A program made the translations under genes and the position numbers. DNA of 58,102 nucleotides, taken from assembly GCF_004010195.1 (NCBI RefSeq), contig NC_057718.1, forward strand, positions 57,007,147-57,065,248. The letters run 5' to 3'. Origin of the DNA: Chiloscyllium plagiosum. Taxonomy: Eukaryota. Positions 22,908 to 37,206 of the stretch are shown one piece after another. Position 1 is the first letter of the stretch. The number at the start of each line of letters is the position of its first letter. The notes below the pieces were generated by a model. That model saw nothing but the letters and a program-made list of their open reading frames with translations. It made no database searches and was not told the origin of the DNA.

Positions 22908-24320
22908 TCAGTAGGTCTGGCAGCATCTGTGGAGAGGCAGAGTTAACATTCAGTGAGCCTTCTTCAGAACTGATGGCAACTAGGGAAAAAAAATAGTTTT
23001 TATGCAGAAAATAGGTTGGAGTGTTGGGGGATAAAAGAGCCAGAGAGGAAAAATAATTGGACAGAAAGGAAGAGTGGATAACAAATCAGCTTAGGAGAAT
23101 GAATGGCTAACAATGGATTGTGGGTAGTAGCAGATCGTGTGATAACAAGGCCTGGTGTGTGGGGGTTGGGATAAGGACACAGAATGTGCCTCAAGCCCTA
23201 AAATTGTTGAACTCTATGTTAAGTCCAAAAGGCTGCAAAGTTCCCAAGCATAAAATGAGCTGCTTCATCCAGCTAGCGCCAAGCTTTGCTGGAGCACCGT
23301 AGCAAGCCACAGACAGTAATATTGGTCAGCGAACGAGGTGATGTGTTGAAGACAACCAGAGTGTTTTTTTGCAGACAGAACATAGGTCTTCTGCAAAGCA
23401 GTCACCCAATCTACACTTAAACTCGTCTACTGCAATGTGGTCTCCTATAACATTGCGGAAATTGAGGTGCAGGAAAGGCACAGCTTCGCCTGAAGTGCGT
23501 ATCTGTATATGTGTCCAGGTGAGATGTGTTGGGAGTGAAGAAGTGGACCAGGGTGACCTAGAGGTCCCTGTGAAAGGCTGACAATGGTAGGGAGGTGAAT
23601 GTGTGTCTGATGATGGCATCCTGTTGGAGGTAGTGGAATGACAGCTAACGATCTTTTGGATGTGGATGCTGGTCAGACGGTGTGTGAGGACAAGGGAGAC
23701 CCTAATGCAGTTGTGGGAGGGAAGGGGTGGGGGCTGAGGGCTGAAGTGCAGAAGATGGGTTGGACTCGGCTGAGGGCCTTGTCAGTTACAGGGCATGGAA
23801 ATCATTGGTTGAGCAACAGGTGGACATTTCAGAAGTCCCCTTTTTAAAGCTGACATCATCAGAACAGATGCGACAGAAAAACGGGAAAAATGGAACAGGA
23901 AGCAGGATGTGAGAATGTATAGTTAAACAGTAACTGTGGGAGTTGGTTGCTTTGTATTGGATATTGGTGGCCAGCCTATCCCCAAAAATGAAATCAGATG
24001 TCGAGGAAGGGAATGGAGGAGTCAGAGATGGACCAGGTAAAAATGAGAGCGCAGGGTGGAAATTGGTGGTAAAATTGATAAACTCTGCCAATTCTGAACA
24101 GGTGAGGGAAGCAACACTAGAGAAAGTGTTATCAGTGATAGCCAGAAAAGGACTGGAACAAGGAATGTTGCATATAACCCACAAAGAGGCAAGCATAATT
24201 GGAGACCATGTGGCTATCCATGGCCACCCCTTTAACCTGAAGGAAGTGACAGGAATTAAAAGAAAAGCTGTTCAGGGCAAGGATAAGCTTGGCCAGGTGA
24301 AGGGTGGTGGCGGACAGGAT
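22908..24320 (-). mobile_element. Older Penelope-like element
   Basis: EFINFTTNFHPALSF, GDRLATNIQYKATNSHSY and GIY-YIG remnants. Confidence 0.8.
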
Positions 24321-24719
24321 GGTTCACCAGATCAAGTAATGTTAGTGACCATAACGGACTCAATGGTTTGATGTTCCATGGAGGGGTCATGGTTCAAGGA
24401 GAAAGTACCTGTGAGCTGCGATCAGCCTCTGCAATGTAGAGGTCAGTCCACAAGACAAAAAACTGTACCACTCTTGTCAGCAAACTTAAATCACCAAGTC
24501 AGAGTTGGATTTGTTGGCAGCGTACAGTCAATTCAGAGAGATATGTTGGAATGGGTGAAGCAGGCAGAGAAATTGAGGTGACCAATGCCATGTCAACAGT
24601 TCTCAAAGAAAAGGTAAAGTGCAGTAAAATGCCAAAGGGAGGGAGAGCGTTGGAGCTGGGTGAAGGGATCTGTAGGACAGGGAGAGGACTCTTGTCCAAA
24701 GAAAATGGGCATGGAGGCA

Positions 24720-26010
24720 AAGGTATCAAAAGAGGGAGATCATGCCTCACAAATTTGTTAGAATTCTTTGAAGAAGTAGTGACCAGGAAGGTTGACAAGT
24801 GCAGGGCAGTATACTTGGCCTATATGGATTGCAGTAAAGCCTTAAGGTTCCACTTGGAGGCTGTTCTGGAAGGTTAGATCACATGGAATCCAGGACGAGC
24901 TGGTAAATTGGATACACAATTGGCTTGATGTTAGGAAGCAGAGGGTAATAGTGGACAGACTTATCAAACTAGAGACATGTGACTAGTGAAGTGCCTCTGG
25001 GTTTGGTGCTAGGCTCATTGCTGTTTGTTGTCAATATCAACGATTTGGATGAGAATATACAAGGCACGATTAATAAGTTTGCAGATGACACTAAACTAGG
25101 TGGTATCACAGTTAGTGAGGAAGGTTATCAAATTGCAGCAGGACCTTGATCACCTGGGGAAGCAGGCTGAGAAGTGGCAAATGAAGTTTAATATAGATAA
25201 ATATTTGCATTTTGAATAGTCAAATCAAGGTAGGAGTTTCATGGTGAACAGTAGGGCCTTAAGGAGTGCCGTGGAACAGAGATCTTGGAGTTCAGGTGCA
25301 TGGTTCTCAGAAAGTGGAGTCATTGCAGGGTAGTGAAGAAAGCTTTTGGCACACTGACCTTCATCAGTCAGGCAAAATAGAGAAGTTGGGAAGTTATGTT
25401 GCAGTTGTACAGGACATTGAGGCCGCACTTGGAGTATTGTGTTCAGTTTTGGTCACCTTGCTACAGGAAGGATGTCATCACACTGGAAAGAGTGCAGAAG
25501 AAATATAAAACAATGTTGCCAGGACTCAATGGTCTGAGTTATAGGGAGAGGTTGAACAAGCTAGGACATTTTTTTTTTNNNNNNNNNNNNNNNNNNNNNN
25601 NGGGGGGGGGGGGGGGGGGGGGGGAAGGAAGAGATCTTAAGAGAAGTGTAGAAGATCATGAGAGGAATGTATAGGGTGAATGCAATCAATGTTTTCCCAG
25701 GGTTGGGGAAATTGAGGACCAGTTTAAAAAAAGGTTAGAGGAGGGAAAGAACAACAAAAAAAAAAGAACATGAGGAACAATTCCTTTTAAAAAAAAGAAA
25801 GAGGGTGGTTGGAACGAGTTCCCAGTAGAAGTGGTTGAAGCAGATACATTACCAACATTTAAAAGGCACTTGGACAAATACATGGATAGAAAACAGGTTT
25901 AGGAGGATTTGGGCCAAGTGCAGGGAAATGGGTTAGTGTGGATGGACATTTTAGTTAGCATGGACCAGTTTGGGCCAAAAAGGGCCTGTCTCCCTGCTGT
26001 AGGACTCTGC
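24720..26010 (+). mobile_element. CR1 LINE, RT to 3' end
   Basis: GRSCLTNLLEFFEEV, KFADDTKLGG, LYRTLRPHLEYCVQFWSP. Confidence 0.9.
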
Positions 26011-26909
26011 CAAGAATAGAACGTCACATGCTGGAATTTCATTAAGGTAGAGTTGCAGAGGGATACAACAGAGACCTTTGAGTACAGAGCATTCAGCATC
26101 AGAGTGGAAAGTGAGAAGTAGTAGTAAATACACAACAGAAGGTGGGATTGAGGGGGCAGTTGGAATCAAAGGGAAGGGGAGGGGAGCAAGGTTCTAGAGG
26201 ACCATGGGCAACTTGTTGTTGCAACTTGTGTTCCTTGATGTCTTAAAAAGAGACAAATTTTTTTTAAAAAAAAGTGTGCTCGGAGCTAGTGTGAAGCGGT
26301 ACTGTCTGTGGAACATTGAACATTATGGAGATACCTGGATGATCCTGGGATGATTCAAAACAAAGGATGAAACTTGAGTTTGAATCCACGTGGCAAGAGC
26401 TTGAGCCAAAGGCAGTCACTAAGGAATGTAATATGGCTATCGAAAGGAGTTTTAGCAAACACCTGGTCAAACATCAGTACTAAGAGTGAAGTTAATAACT
26501 ATGGACAAGAAAAAAAAAGTTAGGAATGGAAATTCTGTCAGATATGACCAGAACTTCAAAATGGGCCCATGTGGAAGAGATGCGACAATGAGTTAAATAC
26601 TAAAATAATAAAAGTGGTAGCTAGGATTTTTATCTTTCTTTTTTAAAAACCATCAGCGTTTTCCTAATTACCATGTCTGAAAAGGGTCACTGGACCAGAA
26701 ACATTAACTTTGATTTCTCTTCACAGATGTTGCCGATCCTGTTGAGCTTTTCCAACAATTTGTTTCAGAATTCCAGCATCTGCAATTCTTTCAGTTGTTA
26801 AGCCAGGTAATCAACACTGGATGAAAGAAGAATTCAGGAGGACTGACTAGGAGTCGCTCCAATACCTAAGAAAATAAGTTATCTGCCGAAGCTACAAGAC
26901 TACGTCAGA

Positions 26910-27955
26910 GTCAGAGTCATTGTCACTCAGCATTGAAACAGGCCCTTCATCCAACAAGTTCATACCAACCATGTTCCCAAACTAAGTTAGTCCCACTTAC
27001 CTGCATTTAGCCCATTTCCCTCTAAACCGTTCCTGTTCATGTACTTATCCAAATGTCTTTTAAAATGGTCTAATGTACCTGTATCCACCACTTCCTCCGA
27101 CAGTTCATTCCACACTGGAACAGTGTAAAAAAGTTGCTTCCGTGTCCTTTTTAAAATCTCTTCTTACCTTAAAAAGATGCCCCCTAGTTTTGAACTCCCT
27201 CATCCTAGGGAAGAGACTTTTGCTATTCACCTTATCTATGCCCCTCATGACTTTATAAACCTCTAGTATCATCCCTCAACTTTCTACGCTAGTGAGAAAA
27301 GACCCAGCCTACCCTTATAACTCAAACCCTCCATTCCCGACAACATTATGGCAAATCTTTTCTGAACCTTCTCCAATTTACTAAGATCTTTCTTTGATAA
27401 GATGGCCAGAACTGCACACAGTACTCCAGAAGTGGCCTCACCAATGTCATGTACAACCTCAACCTAACATCCCAACTCCTACTCTCAGTGTGCTAAGTGC
27501 CTTCTTAAATTGCCCCATCTACCAGTGATGCAAATTTCAAAAGACTTATGTATCTGGACTCAAGGCTTCTGTTCTACAACACTACCCAGGGTCCTACTGT
27601 TAATTGTTTAAGTCCTGCCCTAGTTTGTTTTACCAAAATACAAAATCTCACATTTATCTAAATTAAAGTTCATCAGCCACTCCTCAGCCCATTGACCTAA
27701 ATAATCTCTTATAGCCTTCTTCATTGTCAAGTATACCATTAATTTTGGGGTGATCCACAAACCTACTAACCATGCCTCCTATATGCACATCCAAATCATT
27801 TAAGTGATAAACAAAAATGGACCCAGTACAGATCCTTGTGGAATACTGCTGGTCACAGGCCTCCACTCCAAAAAAAATAACCCTCCACCACGTCTCCTAC
27901 CATCAAGCCAATTTTGTATCGAATTGTTAAACTCACTGATTCCCATGTGATCTAA
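26910..27955 (-). mobile_element. CR1 LINE, RT to 3' end
   Basis: NDLDVHIGGMVSRFVDHPKINGI and a CR1 tail. Confidence 0.85.
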
Positions 27956-27979
27956 ACCAGCAAATCAGATTAAATCTCT

Positions 27980-29090
27980 GTAACAGCCACATATGGTGAT
28001 AGACAGTTAAATAAAAGATTATCTTTATGAATGGGGGTGCCCAGGATACCAGTATAAAGGACAGGGTTGACATTTGCTAACACCTTCACTCATAAGTGCC
28101 AAATTGATGACCTATCTTGCATTGAGGTTCCCAGCTTAGTTAGTTGCAAGTCTCCAAATTCACTCCATGTGATAAAAGAAATGGTTGAAGGTCTGGATAC
28201 TACAAAAAGATTATGGTCCCCTGAAAACATTCCATCAATGGTAGTGAAGACTTGTGCTCCAGAACCAGACATCCCCTTAGACTTTCACTATAGCTACAAC
28301 ATTTCATCTGTCAGATAGATGCCAAACTCCCCAGTTTGTCCAGTCCACAAAAAAAGGACAAAATTTCCTGTGGTAACTAGCTAGTCTCTAACATCAAATG
28401 TGATTAATGTATTTAGGTTCTCCCAGGGTCACCTAGCTCCTGACCACATTACAGCTTTGGCCGAAAAATGGACAAAAATTCACAGGCAATGAGACAGTGA
28501 CTGCCCTTGACACCAGGTTGCATTATGCAACCTCAAATGGAGGTAATGGGCAAGTGTGGCTCTGTGGTGTGAAGAGACACCCCTCTTGGGAGTCACACTT
28601 ATTATAGAAATGGTTGCTCCCAGCAGATTGTTCCAGGGACTTCCTCAGAGAATTGCCATGGATTCATCCACTTTCAGTTGCTTTAATGGTCTTCCGATCA
28701 CAAAATCAGAAGTTGGGATATTTGTTGCTGACTGCGCAAACTTCAGCGCCGTTCACCATAGATATTAAAGCATTTGGTACCCATATGCAACAAGATTTGT
28801 TCGAAATCCAGGTTCGTATATATGTGGCAAGTGATAAGATATAGGTCACGCAACAGCAAGACAATGATCATCTGCAACAGAAAAGCTAAGCAACTCCTCT
28901 TCACATTCAAAAAGGTATTACGGGTCACTAAATCCATCACTAACCAATATCCTAAGAGTTGTTATTGACCAGAGACTGAACGTGACCCATAGCTACAAAA
29001 GTGGGTCAAACGCTGTGAACTCTGTCAAATGTAACTCACCTTCAGACTCCAAAGCCTATACACCATGTCAACCACAAGGCACAAGGCAGG
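27980..29090 (+). mobile_element. CR1/L2-group LINE fragment (same family as 50600-54565)
   Basis: PENIPSMVVKTCAPE and KSEVGIFVADC motifs. Confidence 0.7.
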
Positions 29091-30796
29091 ATTCAACTTC
29101 AAGTATTCCCTTTGACAGCTAAAATCTTTAATTTCCTTTTACAACCTCCCCTCTTATATCCCAGGTGTTCCCTCTGTACAACCTCACTCTTGCTTTACCC
29201 CTCATTGTGCAGCCTCCATCTCCTCCAGCCAGCCCAGTGATCCCCACACATGCAGCATTATTTCTTTTTACTATGTCCACTATCTCTCTTCCTCCCATCC
29301 AAACGGTACCCTATGAACCAACCACCACAAAGCCTTCCTGTCTCCATTACCCCTGAAATTCCTTGCAACCTCCAAGTCTTGATTAGTCCCCCAACTTCCT
29401 TGCAACTTCTCCATCCTCACCACCTGCTCCCTCTCCTCTAAGATTCATCCTGGACTCAGATCATGTTTGTAATTGAGATTTCACTGGGAAAAAAAAAACT
29501 ATTTATCCAATCGAATAATATAGTGCTGAAAGTTAACTCCATTGTCAGTATGCAGATGCTTTCCAGGACAGTAGGCATACTACAGATGAATGGATTTCTT
29601 TGTAAACCAGAAAATTAGAATGCTTCACTGACAAGATGCCAAGTGAAATAGGCCAATTCCCAACAAAGTCAATAGACAGCACAGTACAAAGAATGACCTA
29701 CAGCTCTTTGCATTTTTGAGTAACCTACTTATGACAACTGACATCAATTTCATTTGAACTACAAGAAACTAGTCGTCCAGTCCTTCTCCATTATAAATAC
29801 AAATTTAATATTTTAAACAAATAAAAAAAAGCAGTCAACCTCACTTAAGCTCCTTCCCCGCACAAGAAGTAATGATTTCATACAGTTAACCATTAGAAAT
29901 CAATGACACATTGACCAGAACTCATTGGATCTGAAATTTGATAACTTAATGGAAGCTCCAGCAGAGCTTAAAACTAGACTCCAATCAACCAACAAATATC
30001 TGACCATCTGTCAATGACTGGATTTGAACTATTAGTTTCTGGTGCACCAGGAGCAAGTTGTGTGCAATGCGATATTCAATGAAGCATTTCATGTTAAACT
30101 ACAAAATTTGGTGGAGGATATAGCTTTAGCCACTAAAGCTATTTTTAAAATTGAAATACCGCTGACTTAGCATGACTGTTCAAAGTAGTAAAATATTAAG
30201 ACTGAATTGAGCTATCCATAAAACACTGATGAGACAAAGATCTGAAATTGAATTGAAAATGAGTTACCAAAATAATATTTTGTATCATACAGGATGCACA
30301 GGAATGTCAGCTTATAATTTTTTTTAAGTGTACTTTGGTCCAGAATTAAACTTCAGATTTAGGAAAAAGGGGCTACTTCATGATCAACTGGTACACAGAA
30401 CAAAATAAATCTGTTTCACGTTATGATTTGTGTGTAAAATGGCCCCAAAGAAAACAAGAATTAAAATGCATGTACAGATAGTAATTCCTCAACTGGAAAC
30501 AGCAAAGCTTTCAATGGGCAGCATTAATCTTTGGCAAACAAATATGAAACGTAATGAGCCCCTAGAATTCAAGAAAATTAGTTTGAGGTAAAATAAATTT
30601 AAATTCTGAAGAATGCCATATTGTGTTTGCCCACCAAGTTGATAACATTTTGGTAACTGCTCAAAATGTTTTAGGAAAGAGGCAAAATATTTAATTATTT
30701 ATTCTTTATTTTTAAGTAATACAAATTGAAAAGCCCACCACCCAGAAAATGAAATTTGCATCACCTAATGGTTTCAACCTTCTTTTTTAGAGGCAA

Positions 30797-31228
30797 TAAA
30801 CAAGCTGCAGATGCTGGAATCCAAAACAGACAGGCAGGAAGCTGGAAGAACATAGCAAGCCAGGCAGCATCATGAGATAGAGAAGTCAACGTTTTGTGTA
30901 TAACCCTTCTTCAGGACTGGGGATGTGTGTAGGGGGAGCTGCAGATAAAGGGGGTGGTGGGGGCAGGGTGGTGAAGTGGGGATAGGTGAAGACAGGTAGA
31001 GGGTAGCTTCCCTGTCACCAACCTGATTCATTCCTCCCCTGGACCAACCAAGTCATACCCTCGGCCTGTCTTCACTATCCCCACTTCACCTTGCCCCCGT
31101 CATCCCCTTTATCTGCAGCTCCTCTTACACCCACCCCCAGTCCTGAAGGGTTACACCCAAAACATCAACTTCACCTCCTGATGCTGACTGGCTTGCTGTG
31201 TTCTTCCAGCCTCCTGCTGGTCTATTTC
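30797..31228. mobile_element. Inverted pair of Penelope 3' termini
   Basis: Arms of about 180 bp are reverse-complementary (gctggaagaac..gcagcatc..cttcttcaggactgggg versus ccccagtcctgaaggg..gatgctg..gttcttccagc). Confidence 0.8.
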
Positions 31229-32074
31229 AGCCTTATTACTGGCATTTCCACTCATTTTTTTTGCTGTTAAATCAACAATTACTATTCAGTATAACAAATA
31301 CACCTTTTAACATTTGTCAAATCCAATTGTAATCAGCTGAGATATAAGAAATAATTAAAATGTTTTCAATGTAACTTTGCAAAAATCACCCCATCCAAGC
31401 ATCTTTACAGTTTCATTTTTAAAAGAAAACATGTCACACTTCTAATCCATGTATTTTCTACATCAACTAGTTTGGAGACATTACACACAACTGGAGGTGG
31501 TGGGATTTGAACTCTGGCCTCCTGACTCAAAGAGACACTACCAATGTGCTCAGTCACCTCTAATTCCAAGAGAGTCGATTAATTGTGAGATTCCTGGGTG
31601 ATCCTTGCAATTATGAAAATTGAACATTTCCCTTTCTCAGGGGAAGATATCAAGCCTTGAATCCAAAACTCTAATCAATTAATCAACATAACTCAGAACT
31701 AAAACTATTATCTCACATTATAGTGACCCAAGGTACAGTGACAACAAAAATTACATGAAATTAACCATGCTAACTTCATTGTTGCCAACTATTCAGTGAT
31801 AAAATTATACAACCATGAATCTTCAAAACTAGTTATTCTTTTGAAGTTAGCAATATCTTGCAAAATTATGCAATAGAATATAGACATCTTTTGGCATATC
31901 ACTTAGTTCTAAGTTACTCATTTAATCTCCATTCCTGATTGATTCCCACACTGTCTGGAACTACCAACAAGATTGGTCAATCCTTTGTGTATCTCTGCAA
32001 CTCCCTTAAATGCAATGGTTCTATAAATCACAACCACTCATATGTTAACAAAGTCCCACATTTTAACTATTCTG

Positions 32075-32300
32075 CCATAGAGTGATACAGCACAGAAACA
32101 GACCTTTTGGTCCATGTAGCCAAATTTCCCCAAACTAAATTGGCCCCACTTGCCAGCACTTGGCCAATATGCCTCCAAACTGTTCCCATTTGTGTACCTA
32201 TTCAAATATTGTTTAGATGTTGTATGTAACTATCAGCATCCACCACTTCCTCTGGCAGTTCATTCCCATTACAAACCACTGAGGAAAAACAAACTTACCC
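32075..32300 (-). mobile_element. CR1 3' fragment
   Basis: catagagtgatacagcacagaaacagacc tail. Confidence 0.75.
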
Positions 32301-32504
32301 CTGAGGTTCGACTGAATTATTCAATACAGTAAATTACTATCTTTCAATGAACTCCAATGCATTTTTAAAATAATTCAGAGCCTATTTCAACTGCCGTAAC
32401 AGAAATTACACACTTATCAACCCTTGGGAAACTTGTTTTTTCAAAAAAAAATTGATTTTACACTACCTGGTATCTCCATATCACTTTTTCAAAAATATGT
32501 TCAT

Positions 32505-32837
32505 TTACAGGTTGTGGGCATCACTGGTTGGATAAGCATTTTATTGCCTATGCTTAATTGCCCAGAAGGCAGTTACGAGGCAACCATATTGCTGTGGATC
32601 TTGAGTCACATGTAGGTCAGACCAAGCAAGAATGGTTATTCCCTTCCCTTTGGGATATTAGAAGACCAGAATAGGTTTTACTGACAATTGACAATCAATT
32701 CATGGCTATCATTAGACTCTTACCTCTCAATTAATGAATTCAAATTCCACTGTCTTCCATGGCGAAATTCAAACCAGAGTTTCCAGAACATTATCTTGGT
32801 CTCTCCATCAATAATATCAGGAGGCCACTGCCTCGCC
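32505..32837 (-). mobile_element. Bipartite tRNA-headed SINE matching both ends of the 50.6-54.6 kb LINE
   Basis: Left part matches the LINE 3' tail (about 50605-50645); right part matches the LINE 5' head (about 54320-54565). A similar copy is at about 13290-13565. Confidence 0.6.
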
Positions 32838-33477
32838 TAATGATACTGTACATGCTTAACTGGCACAAAATAAATGCTCATCCTCATTTAAATTCCCAAT
32901 CTACACTTATTTCCTGTTAAAGTATGTCATATTAGTATGGCACACAATTGAATCACTTAGAACATGAAAAGCTTGATAAAAATGCTGTGAAGTTACACAA
33001 TATACAGATTCACATCAGTTTACATTACAAAATAGGTTCAGGGGACCAGAAAAATGTTTATCTTTATAGTCTATTACATATAATAATCCGTAGGCTGGGA
33101 AAGGGCTAGTTTCCACGGAAGAAAATCCAGAATCCTAAATTATTAATCCTCTTATTTGTGAACTCGATAAAATGCTGCAGCTTGATCTGATTTTGTTACC
33201 TATTCGAAATCAGAGAACGAGAGTGCGACGCTTGGAAACAGTAGACAAAAAGCAAAACTAGACCTCCGCCCGTAGGGGATATCTTTCCATTGAAACATAA
33301 TTCAGTAATTCTCTACGGAATATCTGTCTCATCGAGACGATCCAGGGTAATTGGATGTGTAAGCCTTTCACAATCTCACATGGAGTTTAAATGCGCAATA
33401 TACAAAAGAAATGCAAACACGTTTTTTTCCCCCGAAAAACGAGTCTGTAACTCTACTCTTAGAATAAGCATACTTAC

Positions 33478-33578
33478 ATTTGAACCATGATGTTACTAAG
33501 AAAGATGCCGTCAACCAACTCCATGTATTCCAAAAGTGCTCCTCCATTTGCTGGAGCTAACGCCCCGAAAGTCTTCAC
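33478..33578 (-). CDS. CCDC88A: Girdin coding exon 2 (VKTFGALAPANGGALLEYMELVDGIFLSNIMVQ + AT)
   Basis: AG acceptor at 33580-33579, 101 nt, GTAAGT donor at 33477-33472. Matches the Hook-related domain [34 protein letters not shown]. Intron 1 is 129 nt. Confidence 0.93.
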
Positions 33579-33707
33579 CTAAAGGGGTGGAGATTGACAG
33601 TATTTTTTAAAATCATGTCAACGTAAGTATATATTATGTGTAACTGCCACCTTCGGTTGCAATTACTGATTTAGGTGGTCTGAAAGAAACACTCAAGAAG
33701 TACTTAC

Positions 33708-33767
33708 CCAAGTTACTAAAGGATCAGACATAAACTGCTCAAGAATCGTTGCAAAATCGGTCTCCAT
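33708..33767 (-). CDS. CCDC88A: Girdin coding exon 1 (METDFATILEQFMSDPLVTW)
   Basis: Reverse-strand ATG at 33767-33765, 20 codons, then GTAAGT donor (33707-33702). Matches the vertebrate Girdin N-terminus as I recall it (MENEIFTPLLEQFMTSPLVTW). Confidence 0.93.
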
Positions 33768-34800
33768 TTTCAAAAAAAGACTAAAAATAAAGAGAGTTTA
33801 TTTTAAACTGTAAAATCCACCGTTGTTGCCAGTAGTTGTATTCCCACTTTCAGCATCCTAAAGAGAGGTGAAATCCGTTTTCAAAGTATCCACAGTAAGT
33901 TGAGGTGCTTAAATCTTGATCATTTGCAATGCGACCGAGACGTCACCAAGTTCATTTTCAGCACAAAATTTTGATTTTAATTACAGCACCTACATCATTT
34001 TAGGAAAACCGCCTTCTTCCTGCAGCAGACTCGAATTCCTATGGAAAGCCCTCAGACCACAACCATCTTCCCTCATGACAAATTAACACAAAACTCGATA
34101 TTAGAAAAAAATGAATACTCATTTCCCATCGACGCCGTGTAATCGTCTACCTCTTGTTTTAAAGGGATAGATTAAAATGAGAGGGAAGATTGAAATTTGA
34201 GGTTTCATAAATAAATGCCAACATCTCTAACGGTATTTCAAATATCACCACACGCGTTTCCTCAGATATACTGCGCTTTAGCACGAGCCGACTAACGGCT
34301 ATGAAACATCATTCACCAAAGCCGCATCACCACCCTACACGAGATCCCTTCATCCATACAGCTAGCTCTAAATCCAGATATAAAACCGCCACGCCCCGCC
34401 CAGCATGTATCGTTCCGCCGTGTTGTTCTGCAGGAGGCTCGGATAGGAAAAATAAGTCCTCCATCCATGAGCATTTTTATAGATTAGACAAAGATTGAGT
34501 GATATTCGCCATTTATGTAAAGGATTATTTGTATTGTACCAAATATATAGCAAAATGTTCGAATATTTATCAGTGATAAAATGTTCTACTTTATGCTCCA
34601 TCGATTTAATTCGATTATAAACTAGCGATTTTCAGAATTTGTATTTTGTGCAACTGATTACTTGGATTTATAGTTATTTGAATGATATTTTTCGAGAAAA
34701 GATTACGATGAAAAGTTACATAGATCGAACATAATGCACGCTCCAAAAACAAAGAAAGATCAATAATGACGCCTGACGGGGCGCAAAACGTAACATTCAT
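33768..34800 (-). promoter_or_regulatory. Putative CCDC88A 5'UTR/promoter, CpG-retaining
   Basis: CpG is visibly frequent compared with the rest of the window; no recognisable repeats; GC/KLF box CCACGCCCCGCCC at 34389-34401; CRE-like TGACGTCT (minus strand) at 33938-33945. TSS cannot be determined from sequence. Confidence 0.6.
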
Positions 34801-36149
34801 TACCAGGGAAACTTTCCATGTGTGATCATTATTATAATATTCATATTAATAAACCTTCAAATATGTTATTAATTGTAATCAATTCAATTGAATTAACTTC
34901 ACCACACAGATTTGTGAAGACGGAGGAAGACATAAATACAAGGAGTAGGGCAAGTGTTCTTTCCTTTGAAGCGGAAATACTAAACAAAACCATTGGAACA
35001 AATCTGTTGTAATCAAGTTTATTAGCCAGTGCTATTATTCTGGGCGCCATACCACCTTTCATAAATATATACAGACATAAGCATATATCTGTTGTAGTGC
35101 TGCACATCATAATCAGGAATAGGTACGGGAGTGAGATTATAATGCATACTAATGCGGTATATCATGTGACTGGAGACTAACTGTACCGCAGCTTTAAAGA
35201 TATTGAAACAATTTATAATTATTCGTAACCGACTAACAAAATTTGAGTGCAAAAAAATTCATCTTTGCTAAAACCTTTTAAAAATAATTATTTGCATTAA
35301 TTAAACATTTTTGCATAACAAAGAATTCACATGAAATTTACTGCTCAGAAACGGGCTATTCAACCCAACTGGTTTACGAAAATATTTATGTCTCAAGCAA
35401 ACCTCCTTTCCCACTTAAATCACCTCAAGCTGTCAATATATCTTCCTATCCCTTTTCCCTCTTGTATTAATTTGGCTTTTAAATGTATCAATGCTATTTG
35501 CCATAATTATGCGTACCACAGCCATAGAGAAATTACAGCACAGAGGAGAATTTAAAATCAGCTGTAGTTCCCCATGCTATCTCCATAGCCCTTCAGACTC
35601 GTGTTAATCTCATTCCCTTTCTATATCATTGATCATCTTCCATTTATCCTTGTAGGCCACAGGTCATCATCTCTTGTTACACTAAAGGCCCTTCCCCGTA
35701 TCCATACCTAATGCATGTGCTTTTAGAAGAAAGATTTACATTCATGCAGTGCCTTTCACACAAATCATCTCAATAAATTACTTCTCATTGGAATCACTGT
35801 TGTAATCTGCAATGTACAAAGTGTAGCAGCTAACTTTTGCTTCGCAAACTCCCATAAACTGCATTTGGGAGAGAAAGGTATTCAATGTCTGTAGTGTACA
35901 CTACTGTTTACACATCTTGATTTGCATTGCATATATGTTTACCGTAGTCTCAATGCACTGCCATGTGACGAGGTTGGCTGAAAGGAAGGTTTGGAATATT
36001 TTCTCCCATCAAAATGTTGTAACAGCCTCATGGCTGATAAAACACAAGTAGATTGCCAACTTGGCCAAAGGGATGCAGGGTATGAGATATTTTGGTGAAG
36101 TAAGGCTTTGCAAATTGCAAAACAGTAACTGGACAAACACAGCAGCCAG

Positions 36150-37206
36150 GTGCTAATGACATTAGCATAGGATCAAAGGACATATCTCGTCAACAGTTAC
36201 CTTGTACAGAAATATCCCCAACAAAATATCAACCAGACAAAGGAGGAATGCATATTTTCAATCAAAATCAGACAGAAAGGCACCCAGGTCCTGCTACACA
36301 AAGAAACAAATATTAGGAAGCCACCCAAACAATTGACAATGTTTCAAACCATTAAGCGAGTCTCCCCGATTGGTCAGAATGATAGAAAGTTCCAGGAAAC
36401 CATCTAATAAGGTATAAAAACAAGGCTTTCCAGCAGATCAATCTTAGACCTTCTGGAGATAAAGAGGAAGTGTCCAGCAGGCAAAGGTGAAGACCTTTGG
36501 AGTGAGACAGAAAGAGAACAATGACTTTGCAAACTTGACCAAAGTTACAACAGATTCTAGGAAGTATTTTAACAACTAAGAGGATCAGGCAGGATTAGGA
36601 ATAACATTGTAATATACTGTAGGAATAGAGTTGTACAGCACAGAAACAGACCCTTTGGGTCATTCCAACCAGATATGCTAAATTAATCTAGTCCCATTTG
36701 CCAGAATTTGGCCCATATCCCTCTAAACTCTTCCTATCAGCTACCCATCCAGATGCCTTTTAAATGTTGTAATTGTATCAGCCTCTGCAACTTCCTCTGG
36801 AAACTCATTCCATACAGGCACCACCCTCTGCGAGAAAAGGTTGCCCCTTAGGTCCCTTTTCTATCTTTCCCCCTCACCTTAAATGTATGCCCTCTAGTTT
36901 TGAAAATTTGTAAGAATTTGTACCTGCAGCAAATATCACTGCTCTGTTTGCCTGGTTCTCCCTATTTAAAAGAAAGTGAGGACTCCAGATGCTGGAGATC
37001 AGAGTCATAGTGTGGTGCTGGAAAAATGCAGCAGGTGAGGCAGCATCCGAGGAGCAGGAGAATCAACATTTCAGGCATAAGTCCTTCATCAGGAATCACA
37101 AAATCCTGGGGTTTTCAGAATAGAGCATCAGTGACCTCCTGTATAAATTTGTGACTAGCCAATTGGCTAGTTCTGCTGAGGTCCTCAGTGGATCTCAGGG
37201 TATTGA
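36150..37206 (+). mobile_element. Possible solo LTR, interrupted by CR1 (36625-36900) and a Penelope terminus (36970-37096)
   Basis: ATTGG (36369) and TATAAAA (36413) in U3-like order; boundaries and TSD not established. Confidence 0.3.
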
